Positions 27,766 to 35,808 of a stretch of 64,000 bases of DNA are shown here, piece after piece. The stretch's first letter is position 1, and the number at the start of each line of letters is the position of its first letter. The notes below the pieces were generated by a model. The model was not told the DNA's origin. It ran no database searches and worked only from the letters and a program-made list of their open reading frames with translations. The translations under genes were made by a program, and so were the position numbers. The DNA is from Gemmatimonadales bacterium (lineage in GTDB: Bacteria > Gemmatimonadota > Gemmatimonadetes > Gemmatimonadales > GWC2-71-9), in NCBI GenBank assembly GCA_036003865.1, contig DASYRZ010000158.1:29175-93174 (forward strand), given 5' to 3'.

Positions 27766-30461
27766 CGGTCTCAGAGCGTGACGTCGCCGTCCTGAGGTCC
27801 TTTGCCCGCCGGATCGACCCATCCGATGCGGGCGCGCACAACAATCTCGGTGTTCTCTACTATCAAAAGGGTCTCGTCCCCGAGGCCATCGAGCAGTTCA
27901 CCCGCGCGCTCGAGCTCGACCCGCGCATGCAGGTCGCGCAGCGCAATCTCGAGATCGCCTACCACAACACGGGCTATTACGACCGCCGCGTGGCCGAGCT
28001 GCAGGAGCGGCTGCGGCAGGCGCCCGATGAGCGGGACGCGCGTTGGGAGCTGGGCCGCACCTACGCGATCCTCGGCGCCTTCGACGAGGCGGTCGCCGAA
28101 TTCGAGGAGCTGCTCGGCCACAAGCCGGACGACGTCGCGGCGATCATCCAGCTGGGGCTCGCCGAGAAGGCGCGCGGCCGCCTCGAAGTCGCCACCGAAT
28201 GGTTCCTGCGTGCCGCCGAAGCCGAGCCCGACTCCTCGGTCGTCCACTTCTATCTGGGTGAGGTTTACTACAATCGCGGGCTGAACGAGCCGGCGCTGGG
28301 CGCCCTGGAGCGCTCGGTCGCGCTCAATCCGGACAACGCCAACGCGCACTACCTGATGGCCTTCGTGCTGGGCGACATGGGTCGCCATCAGGACGCGCGC
28401 GCGGCCTCCAAGCGCGCGATTCAGCTCAACCCGCCGCTCGCGCGCGCGCAGACGAATCTGTCGCTGGAACGCTACCGCGCCGAGCGGCAGTCGGCCGAGC
28501 ACCGGCTGCGCGCGCAGCCCGCGCCCGAGGTCGCCGAAGGCAGCGAGCTGGCGCACCACAACCTCGGCCTCGCGTTCCGGCAAAAGGGGTACTACGCGGA
28601 GGCGCTGCGCGAATATCGCCTCGCGCTCGAGCGCGGCGAGGACCGCCGGCTCGTGCGCCAGGCGATGGCGGAGGTCTATCTGCTCAAGCGCGACTTCACC
28701 GACGCGCTCGAGCTGTACGAGTCCCTGATCCACGAGATCCCCGATTCGCCCAAACTCTGGAACGAGCGGGGTGTCGTGCTCCATCAGGCGGGCCGGACGG
28801 CGGATGCCCTGGCCTCGTATCGCCAGGCCACCGACGTGGATCCGCGCTACGCGCTCGCCTGGAACAACGTCGGCGTGGTGCTCGCGCACCAAAGCGACGC
28901 GGAAGACGCGATCGAGGGGTTCCGCAAAGCGCTGCAGCTGTCGCCGGAATTCGTCGGCGCTCGCCTGAACCTGGCGCTGCTGTTGACGCATCTGCGGCGC
29001 TTCCAGCTCGCGCTCGAAGCCTACCGCCAGGTGCTCGCCGACCAGCCGGCCTCCGCGGCCGCGTGGAACGGCGTCGGCCTGGTGCTGGTCGAGCTGAAGC
29101 GCTTTCCCGACGCCCGCAACGCCTTCGTGCGCGCGGTCGAGGCCGATCCACAGAACGCCGGCGCGCACTACAACCTGAGCTTCACGCTCTCGAACCTCGG
29201 CGACTACGACGGCGCCCTGCGGGCGACCAAACGCGCGCTGGAGCTCGATCCCTACTACGTCTCCCAGAAGTTCGCGCTGGCGATCGACCTGCAGTACGAG
29301 ACGGTGGCCATCGGCGTCGTGCCCGAGATTTCCGCCGACGTCAGCGCCGAGAACCTCGGCGGCGAGTTTGCGTTCGACCAGCGCCTGCTCGACAACATCT
29401 TCCAGGAGCTCGAGCCGGCGGCCACCGCGCCGCAGCCCGCGCCCGCCGGGCTCGCCAGGAAGGCGGACGATCCGCTCGGGCTCGCGCGCGACTACGTGAG
29501 CAAGGGCATGATGGACCTCGCCGTCGCGGAGGCGATGCGCGCCGTGCAGCGCGGGGCGGACCGCGGCCAGGCGGCGACGCTGGTGGGTGAGATCTACGCG
29601 CGGCGCGGCCTGCATGGCGAGGCGCTCGAGCGCTATCGCGAGGCGCGCACCCTCGACGGTACGAATGCCGCGGCCGCGCTGGGCGAGGTCAAGAGCCTGC
29701 TGGCGCTGCACCGCGCGGCGGAGGCACTGCCGCTCACCGAAGAGCTGGTTGGCAAGGCGCCCGAAGATGTCGAAGTGCTGGTCGCGGCGGCGAAGGCGCG
29801 CGCGGCGACGGGCGACGCCGCCGGCGCGCTCACCGCCTTGCGGCGGGCGCAGACGCGGGCCCCCGACCGCGCCGATTTGCACAAGCTCCAGGGCGATATC
29901 GCCCTCAAGGTCGGCGACCGGCAGGGCGCGCGGACGGCGTACCGCGCGGCGCTCGACTTGGATGAGGGGTTCGTGCAGGTCTGGCTCGACCTCGGGCGGC
30001 TGCACGAGCAGGACGAGGAATGGATGGACGCGCAGCGAGCCTATGAAGCGGCGCTCGACGCGCTGCCGACGTTCCATGAAGCGGCGCTCGCGCTCGCGGA
30101 TCTGCTGCGGCGCAGCGGCAGCCTGCGCCGCGCGGTGGTGCGGCTCGCCGAAATGCTGGAGCAGGATCCGTACGACATGGACGCGCTGCTGCTGCTCGGC
30201 CGCGCCCTGCTCGACGACAAGCGCAATACCGAAGCGCTGGAGGCGTTCCGGCGCGCGCTGAAATTCGATCCCGAGCACACCGCCGCGCTGTTCTACCTGG
30301 GCGCGACGCTCGCGCGGCTGCAGCGCTACGCCGAGGCCGTGGCTGCCTGGGACCGCGTGACGCGGATCGATCCCGGCGGACCGTTCGCGCAACGCGCGCG
30401 CATGCACGCGCGCACCGCGGTCGACTTGCAGCACATTTTCTCCACCCCGGACGCGGCCTGA
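27762..30461 (+). CDS. large TPR-repeat protein (about 899 aa)
   Basis: TTG start overlapping the cheC stop (TTGA). Continuous TPR consensus (..AHNNLGVLYYQKG...A..F..AL.L.P). Confidence 0.8.
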   Translation: MTVSERDVAVLRSFARRIDPSDAGAHNNLGVLYYQKGLVPEAIEQFTRALELDPRMQVAQRNLEIAYHNTGYYDRRVAELQERLRQAPDERDARWELGRTYAILGAFDEAVAEFEELLGHKPDDVAAIIQLGLAEKARGRLEVATEWFLRAAEAEPDSSVVHFYLGEVYYNRGLNEPALGALERSVALNPDNANAHYLMAFVLGDMGRHQDARAASKRAIQLNPPLARAQTNLSLERYRAERQSAEHRLRAQPAPEVAEGSELAHHNLGLAFRQKGYYAEALREYRLALERGEDRRLVRQAMAEVYLLKRDFTDALELYESLIHEIPDSPKLWNERGVVLHQAGRTADALASYRQATDVDPRYALAWNNVGVVLAHQSDAEDAIEGFRKALQLSPEFVGARLNLALLLTHLRRFQLALEAYRQVLADQPASAAAWNGVGLVLVELKRFPDARNAFVRAVEADPQNAGAHYNLSFTLSNLGDYDGALRATKRALELDPYYVSQKFALAIDLQYETVAIGVVPEISADVSAENLGGEFAFDQRLLDNIFQELEPAATAPQPAPAGLARKADDPLGLARDYVSKGMMDLAVAEAMRAVQRGADRGQAATLVGEIYARRGLHGEALERYREARTLDGTNAAAALGEVKSLLALHRAAEALPLTEELVGKAPEDVEVLVAAAKARAATGDAAGALTALRRAQTRAPDRADLHKLQGDIALKVGDRQGARTAYRAALDLDEGFVQVWLDLGRLHEQDEEWMDAQRAYEAALDALPTFHEAALALADLLRRSGSLRRAVVRLAEMLEQDPYDMDALLLLGRALLDDKRNTEALEAFRRALKFDPEHTAALFYLGATLARLQRYAEAVAAWDRVTRIDPGGPFAQRARMHARTAVDLQHIFSTPDAA

Positions 30462-30464
30462 CGC

Positions 30465-31601
30465 ATGGCGATCGAAGGACCGCTTCGCGAGCTCGGCATC
30501 CACGACGTCTTCCAGCTGCTCGACCTGAGCCGGAAGACGGGCGCGCTGCGCGTCACCTCGGACCTGCGGCACAACGAAGGGAAGATCTACTTCGACAACG
30601 GCGTCGTGGTGTCGGCGGAAATCCGCAGCAATCCGCATCCGCTCGGCGCCCTGCTGCTCCGCACCGGCAAGATCGCCGAGGCCGACCTCGAGCGCGCGCG
30701 GGACATGCAGCAGCGCCAGGGCGACAAGCGCCGCCTCGGGGAGATCCTCGTGGCGCTCGGCGTCATCACGCAGCGCGAGGTCGAGCGCCAAATTCACTTC
30801 CAGATCGAAGAGGTCGTCTTCGAGGTCATGAGCTGGAACGAGGGCTACTTCTCGTTTGTGGAAGAAGCCGAGAGCAAGGTCCCCACCGAGGTGACGGTGC
30901 GCATTCCGGTGGAGGCACTGCTGATGGAAGGCGCGCGGCGCATCGACGAGTGGTCGCGGATCGAGAACCGCATTCCGCACGTCGGCGTCGTGCCGTCGCT
31001 CGCGCCCCCTCCCGAAGGCGGCGGCGGTGAGCTGGACCTGTTGCCGCCGGAGTGGGAAGTGCTCGCGCTCATCGATGGCGAGCGCTCGGTCCGCGGGCTC
31101 GCGACGGAGCTGGGGCGCTCCGATTTCGAAGTCGCCAAGACGCTGTTCGGCCTCGAGAGCGCCGGCGTGATCGTGCTGGTCGATCCGGGAACGGCGCGGC
31201 GCGGGAGGCCGAGTGCCGCCTCCGACCTGGCGGAGCTCGTCGCGAAGGCCGAGCGCGCGCTCGTCGCCAAGGATCTCGATGCCGCGCGGGCGGCGGCGGA
31301 GCAGGCCAGCAGCATGCAGCCGCACGACGGGACGATTCATATCCTGCTCGGCCGCATTCAGCTGGCGCAGGGTCACGCCTCCGCGGCCGCCGAGGAGCTG
31401 CGGCGCGCACTCCGCCTCGATCCGCTCCTCGCCGCGGCGCATCGCCAGCTCGGATTTGCACTGGTCGCGATGGGGCGGTTTGGTGAGGCCGTGCAGAGCT
31501 GGGATCAGTGGGAGCGCCTGGCCCGGACCCCAGAGGAAGAAGCGCAGAAGGCCGACGTCCAGCGCGCCCGCGAAGCCGCGCGAGTGTTCACGCATGGCTG
31601 A
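30465..31601 (+). CDS. PATAN/DUF4388 domain protein with MshEN-like helical insert and C-terminal TPRs
   Basis: N-terminus GPLRELGIHDVFQLLDLSRKTGALRV; tandem RLGxxLVxxGxI...Q motifs; TPRs at the C-terminus. Confidence 0.75.
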   Translation: MAIEGPLRELGIHDVFQLLDLSRKTGALRVTSDLRHNEGKIYFDNGVVVSAEIRSNPHPLGALLLRTGKIAEADLERARDMQQRQGDKRRLGEILVALGVITQREVERQIHFQIEEVVFEVMSWNEGYFSFVEEAESKVPTEVTVRIPVEALLMEGARRIDEWSRIENRIPHVGVVPSLAPPPEGGGGELDLLPPEWEVLALIDGERSVRGLATELGRSDFEVAKTLFGLESAGVIVLVDPGTARRGRPSAASDLAELVAKAERALVAKDLDAARAAAEQASSMQPHDGTIHILLGRIQLAQGHASAAAEELRRALRLDPLLAAAHRQLGFALVAMGRFGEAVQSWDQWERLARTPEEEAQKADVQRAREAARVFTHG

Positions 31602-32439
31602 CGACATCCGCGCGCTGTCCGCGCAGCTCGCCCAGGATCCGCAGAGCCTCGTGTTCCTGCGGCTCGGCGAAGCGCTGCGGCGCAAAGGACAGCTCGACGC
31701 CGCGCTGCGTGTCGCCATGAACGGACTGGAGCGGCATCCGCACCTCGCCGATGCGCACGATTTGTACGCGCGTATCCTCACTGATAAGCACGATTACGAG
31801 CATGCGTTCGACGAGTGGGACATGGCGGTGCGGATCGCACCACACCACACGGGGGCGCTGAAGGGGCTCGCCTTCCTCTATTTCAAGGTGGGAGACATCG
31901 AGCAGGCCGAGGCCCATCTCGCGGCTGCGAAGCGCGTCGAGCCCGACGACCCCACCATCGAGCAAGCATTCGAGATGATGCGCGGCGGCCGCAGACCGTC
32001 GTTGCCCGAACCGACTCCTGCCCCCGAGCCGGCAGCGACCGCCGCCGCATCTACCGCCGCCGTGTCGAGCAGTGGCTTTGATGAGGCACGCGTGTTCGCC
32101 GGCCTCGAGGGCGCCAACGAAGGCCTGCTGCTGATCGACGGCGCAGGACGGGTGCTGGGCGGAGCGTTACGAGATCGCTCCGGTACGGATGTCACGGACA
32201 GCGTCGCAGCGTACCTTGCCGGTGTGTCTCAGGAAGCGGCGCGTACCGCTAAGCTGTTGGGCCTCGGCGCCTGGAACGGGCTGTCGGCGGAAGGGCAGCA
32301 CGGCAACGTGCATCTCGCCCATCCGACGCCAGAAGCCTTGTTGCTGGTCGTGCGCGAACGGGGCATGCCGCTCGGCCGCCTCGCGATCCTCGCGCAGCGC
32401 GCCACGATCATGGCGCAGCGCTGGCTGGAACGGCAATGA
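31594..32439 (+). CDS. TPR + Roadblock/LC7-like fusion protein
   Basis: Start at ATG 31594. N-terminal TPRs, Pro/Ala linker, C-terminal ~110 aa resembling a Roadblock domain (GLLLIDGAGRVLGG..). Confidence 0.6.
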   Translation: MADDIRALSAQLAQDPQSLVFLRLGEALRRKGQLDAALRVAMNGLERHPHLADAHDLYARILTDKHDYEHAFDEWDMAVRIAPHHTGALKGLAFLYFKVGDIEQAEAHLAAAKRVEPDDPTIEQAFEMMRGGRRPSLPEPTPAPEPAATAAASTAAVSSSGFDEARVFAGLEGANEGLLLIDGAGRVLGGALRDRSGTDVTDSVAAYLAGVSQEAARTAKLLGLGAWNGLSAEGQHGNVHLAHPTPEALLLVVRERGMPLGRLAILAQRATIMAQRWLERQ

Positions 32440-32783
32440 GCAAGGCGCTCGATATGATCACACGGGTGCGCGGCGTCCGCGGGGCGATGCTCGTTTCCGC
32501 GGAAGACGGGCTCGTGGTCGCCGAGCAGCTGATGGAGGGGATCAAGGGCGGCGCCGTCGCGGCGCTTGCCGCGAGCCTTGCCGGTCGCCTGCGGCGCGCG
32601 ATGGAGGCCGCGGGCACCGGAGCCAGCGTCTTTTGGCATCTTCAGGCGGAGCAGGGCGCGCTGCTCGTCGTCCCGGGAGGTGACCCCGTCGGCAGTATCC
32701 TGGTCGTCGCGGTGGCAGAGCCGGACGTGAACATCGGCCTCGTGCGGCTGGAGCTGCTGCGCGCCGCGGGGGCCGTCGTATGA
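32436..32783 (+). CDS. Roadblock/LC7 domain protein (MglC-like size)
   Basis: 115 aa; VRGVRGAMLVSAEDGLVVAE...GGAVAALAASL pattern; ATGA coupling. Confidence 0.75.
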   Translation: MSKALDMITRVRGVRGAMLVSAEDGLVVAEQLMEGIKGGAVAALAASLAGRLRRAMEAAGTGASVFWHLQAEQGALLVVPGGDPVGSILVVAVAEPDVNIGLVRLELLRAAGAVV

Positions 32784-33256
32784 GTCCGCAGACACGCGCG
32801 GTCGAAAACTGGACGCTGCAGCCGTTGACGGACTTCGTGCGCGAAGCGTCGGCCCGCCTGGTGCTGGTGCTCACGCCGGCCGGCCAGGTCCTCGCGCAAT
32901 CGGGATTCTCGCGCGCGGTCGATGTGATGTCGGCCGCGGCCCTCGCGGCGGCGATTGTCGCGTCCACGGCGGAGCTCGCGCGCCAAATGCGGCAACCGCC
33001 GTTCGGCGCGCTCAGCCATCAGGGACCCAAGACCGGTTTCTTCCTCGCGACGTTCATGACCGAACGCGGGACGCTCGCCGTCCTCGCCGTGTACGACCTC
33101 GATGTTTCATCGCTCGGCTTGGTGCAGTTATTCTATGAGCAACTTGCGGCGGAGTTGAAGGCGGCGAGCCCCAAAGGGGGGGTCCAGAAGCAGGTGCTGG
33201 CCGCGGATTTCGAGCGCGAGCTGACGGACAGCCTCAACACGCTGTTTGGGAGATAG
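32780..33256 (+). CDS. mglB: MglB-like GTPase-activating protein (Roadblock/LC7)
   Basis: Aligns by eye with M. xanthus MglB: ARLVLVLTPAGQVLAQSG vs AKVVFLVDKNGQLISSAG; SSLGLVQLFYEQLAAEL vs TSLGLVRLRIKKASDEL; C-terminal ..LNTLFGR vs ..DNLFSE. Lies directly upstream of mglA. Confidence 0.8.
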   Translation: MSPQTRAVENWTLQPLTDFVREASARLVLVLTPAGQVLAQSGFSRAVDVMSAAALAAAIVASTAELARQMRQPPFGALSHQGPKTGFFLATFMTERGTLAVLAVYDLDVSSLGLVQLFYEQLAAELKAASPKGGVQKQVLAADFERELTDSLNTLFGR

Positions 33257-33259
33257 GCC

Positions 33260-33862
33260 GTGTCCTTGGTCAACTTCACGACCCGCGAGATCACGTGCAA
33301 AATCGTCTACTACGGACCGGGACGGTCCGGAAAGACGACCAATCTCCATTACATCTATGGGCGGGTGCCGGAGACGCGCCGCGGGCGCATGGTCTCGTTG
33401 GCCACGCAGACCGACCGCACCTTGTTCTTCGACTTCCTGCCGATCGACCTTGGACAGATTTCCGGGTTCTCGACGCGCTTCCAGCTCTACACCGTCCCCG
33501 GGCAGGTCTACTACAACGCCACGCGGCGCCTCGTGCTCCAAGGCGCTGATGGCGTCGTCTTCGTCGGCGACAGCCAGGCGCGGCAGCTCGATGAGAACAT
33601 CGAAAGCCTACAGAACCTCCAGAGCAATCTGCTCGAGCATGGCGTCGATGTGCGCACCATGCCCCTGGTGATGCAATACAACAAGCAGGACTTGCCGCGC
33701 GAGCTGATTCTCACGACGGCCGACCTCGATGACGCACTCAACTTTCGCAGCGTTCCGAGCTTTGGGGCGGACGCGCTCCATGGCAGAGGGGTGTTCGAGA
33801 CGCTGAAGGCGGTCTCCGAGCTTGTTCTGAAGAAGCTCGCGGCGGGAAGCCCCGCAGCATGA
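33260..33862 (+). CDS. mglA: MglA-family Ras-like GTPase
   Basis: P-loop [19 protein letters not shown], MglA-specific TVPGQ (in place of DxxGQ), NKQDL. High similarity to M. xanthus MglA along the whole length. Confidence 0.92.
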   Translation: MSLVNFTTREITCKIVYYGPGRSGKTTNLHYIYGRVPETRRGRMVSLATQTDRTLFFDFLPIDLGQISGFSTRFQLYTVPGQVYYNATRRLVLQGADGVVFVGDSQARQLDENIESLQNLQSNLLEHGVDVRTMPLVMQYNKQDLPRELILTTADLDDALNFRSVPSFGADALHGRGVFETLKAVSELVLKKLAAGSPAA

Positions 33863-35808
33863 CCAGCTCCCTCAATCCCCGTTTCACGTTCGAGACCTTC
33901 GTGGTGGGCGCCGCGAACCGTCTGGCCGTCACGGCCGGCCGCACCGTCGCGGAGAATCCGGGTTCGGCCTACAACCCGCTCTTCATTTATAGTGGCTCCG
34001 GACTGGGAAAGACCCACCTGCTGATGGCCATCGGCCACGCCGCCAAGGCCATCGCGGCGCAGCTCAACATCGAGTACCTCACGCTGGACGAGTACGTCGA
34101 GTCGTTCCATGCCGCGATTGCGGCGGGGCAGGGCGACGCGTTCCGCCGCCGCTTCCAGAACGTGGCTGTCCTGCTGGTGGACGACGTCCAGTTCCTCACG
34201 AATCGCAAAGAGATGCAGGCCGAGCTGCTGCGCCTCACCGAAGCGCTGCAGCAATCGGGGCATCAGATCGTGCTCGCGAGCGATCGACCGCCGGCGGAAA
34301 TCGCGGATTTGGACGAACGGCTCATCTCGCGGTTCTCGGGTGGGCTCGTGGTGGACATGGGCATCCCCGACTACGAAACCCGGGTCGCGATTCTGCGGCG
34401 CAAGGCCGAGGAGCGCGGCTCGTCGTTCCAGCCGGGCGTGCTCGAGACGGTCGCGAAGGTGGAGTACCCGAACGTGCGCGAGCTGATGGGTGCGCTCAAT
34501 CGCTTGATCGCGTTTCAGGCGGTCAACGACATGCCGATCAACGCCGAAGCGGCCAGCAAAGTCCTCGGGATCCCGACCAGGCCATCGACCGCCGCTGCAT
34601 CGACCGCCGCCTCATCGACCGCCGCCTCATCAGATGAGTTCTCGCAGTTCTTGACCGACGTCACGACGACCGTGGGCAAAGCCGTCGAGGCGTGGCGCGC
34701 GCGCGTGACCGAGGCGATCATGCGCTGGGAAGGTGAAGGCTACCGCACCGGGAGGCTCGAGAAGCTGCTCGATCAGGAGAGTCCCGCCGCGGTGGACGAG
34801 GTGATCGCCGCCTACGTGCAGGATGTCGAGCGGCTCAAGGCGCTGGAGGCGGAAGTCGCGGTGCTGGATCCGCAGGCCGCCGGCGGGAAGGTGTTCCGCG
34901 ATCCCGACCAGATGGAGGCGGCCGAAGCCGCCGCGGCGAAGGTGCGCGACGGCGCCGCGCCGCCGCCCGCGCCATCGGGGGCGTTTCCGCTCGAGAGCTA
35001 CCTCGCCGGTCCGTCCAATGAGGTGGCGCTGAACGCCGCGCGCGATGTGCTGGCCAAGCCCGGCAAGAAATACAATCCGCTCGTGATCGTGGGACGCAGC
35101 GGGCTCGGCAAGACGCATCTGCTGAATGCCATCGGCCTCGAGCTCGCAAAAAAGAAGAACGCGGTCGTCGCCTGTCTCTCGACCCAACAGTTCGTGGACG
35201 AGCTGATCGCGGCCATCGACGGCAATCGGGTCGATTGGTGGCGCGCCCGCTACCGCCGCGCGACGGCGCTGCTCCTGGACGACATCCACCTGCTGGCCGG
35301 CAAGGAACGCACGCAGGAAGAGCTGTTCAATCTGTTCAATCAGCTCGTCGACGCCGACCGCCAGCTTATCTTCACGGCGCCCGCGCATCCCAACACGCTG
35401 GAAGGACTCGAGGAACGGATCATCTCGCGGCTCGAGGGCGGGTTGGTTGCGCAGATCGCCGAGCCGGACAAGGAGCTCCGCCGCAGCGTGCTCGAGCGGC
35501 TGCTCACGCAGCAGGGGATACCGGTCGAGCCGGCGCTGCTCGATTATCTGGCGGACCGGCCCATCGACTCGATCCGCAATCTGAACGGCATCGTGCAGCG
35601 CGTGGTGGAGGCGGCGGCGGCGCAGGATGCGTCCGTGAGCGCCGGCCTGGCGCGCGAAGTCTTGGAAGGCGCGCCCCCGCCCCGGCGCACGGTGGGGCTG
35701 CGCACCAGCGGGATCGTGGTGTCGAGTGCCGGGGGCGTGCGGAGCCGGGAGAAGATGGTCTGGGATTGGCCCGCCGCCGCCGATCGTGTCATCGAGGATT
35801 TGCGCTAA
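33859..35808 (+). CDS. protein with two tandem DnaA-type AAA+ modules and no DnaA domain IV
   Basis: Module 1: [50 protein letters not shown]. Module 2: [54 protein letters not shown] overlap with mglA. Confidence 0.88.
   Translation: MTSSLNPRFTFETFVVGAANRLAVTAGRTVAENPGSAYNPLFIYSGSGLGKTHLLMAIGHAAKAIAAQLNIEYLTLDEYVESFHAAIAAGQGDAFRRRFQNVAVLLVDDVQFLTNRKEMQAELLRLTEALQQSGHQIVLASDRPPAEIADLDERLISRFSGGLVVDMGIPDYETRVAILRRKAEERGSSFQPGVLETVAKVEYPNVRELMGALNRLIAFQAVNDMPINAEAASKVLGIPTRPSTAAASTAASSTAASSDEFSQFLTDVTTTVGKAVEAWRARVTEAIMRWEGEGYRTGRLEKLLDQESPAAVDEVIAAYVQDVERLKALEAEVAVLDPQAAGGKVFRDPDQMEAAEAAAAKVRDGAAPPPAPSGAFPLESYLAGPSNEVALNAARDVLAKPGKKYNPLVIVGRSGLGKTHLLNAIGLELAKKKNAVVACLSTQQFVDELIAAIDGNRVDWWRARYRRATALLLDDIHLLAGKERTQEELFNLFNQLVDADRQLIFTAPAHPNTLEGLEERIISRLEGGLVAQIAEPDKELRRSVLERLLTQQGIPVEPALLDYLADRPIDSIRNLNGIVQRVVEAAAAQDASVSAGLAREVLEGAPPPRRTVGLRTSGIVVSSAGGVRSREKMVWDWPAAADRVIEDLR
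34584..34628 (+). repeat. 3x 15-mer CATCGACCGCCGC(C/T)(T/G) tandem repeat (encodes [16 protein letters not shown] linker)
   Basis: Read directly from the sequence; lies in the linker after the first DnaA-like module. Confidence 0.85.

Noticed and set aside
27771-31781. 1336 aa minus-strand ORF, the largest in the track
   Set aside because: It is antisense to three well-supported TPR/PATAN genes. It has Arg/Ala/Gly-rich composition with no recognisable motif. This is the typical shadow ORF produced by GC3-rich coding on the opposite strand.
33859-35808. Chromosomal replication initiator dnaA / oriC region
   Set aside because: No domain I or domain IV is present, the AAA+ module is duplicated, there is no dnaN, and I saw no TTATCCACA-type boxes or AT-rich unwinding element in the flanks.
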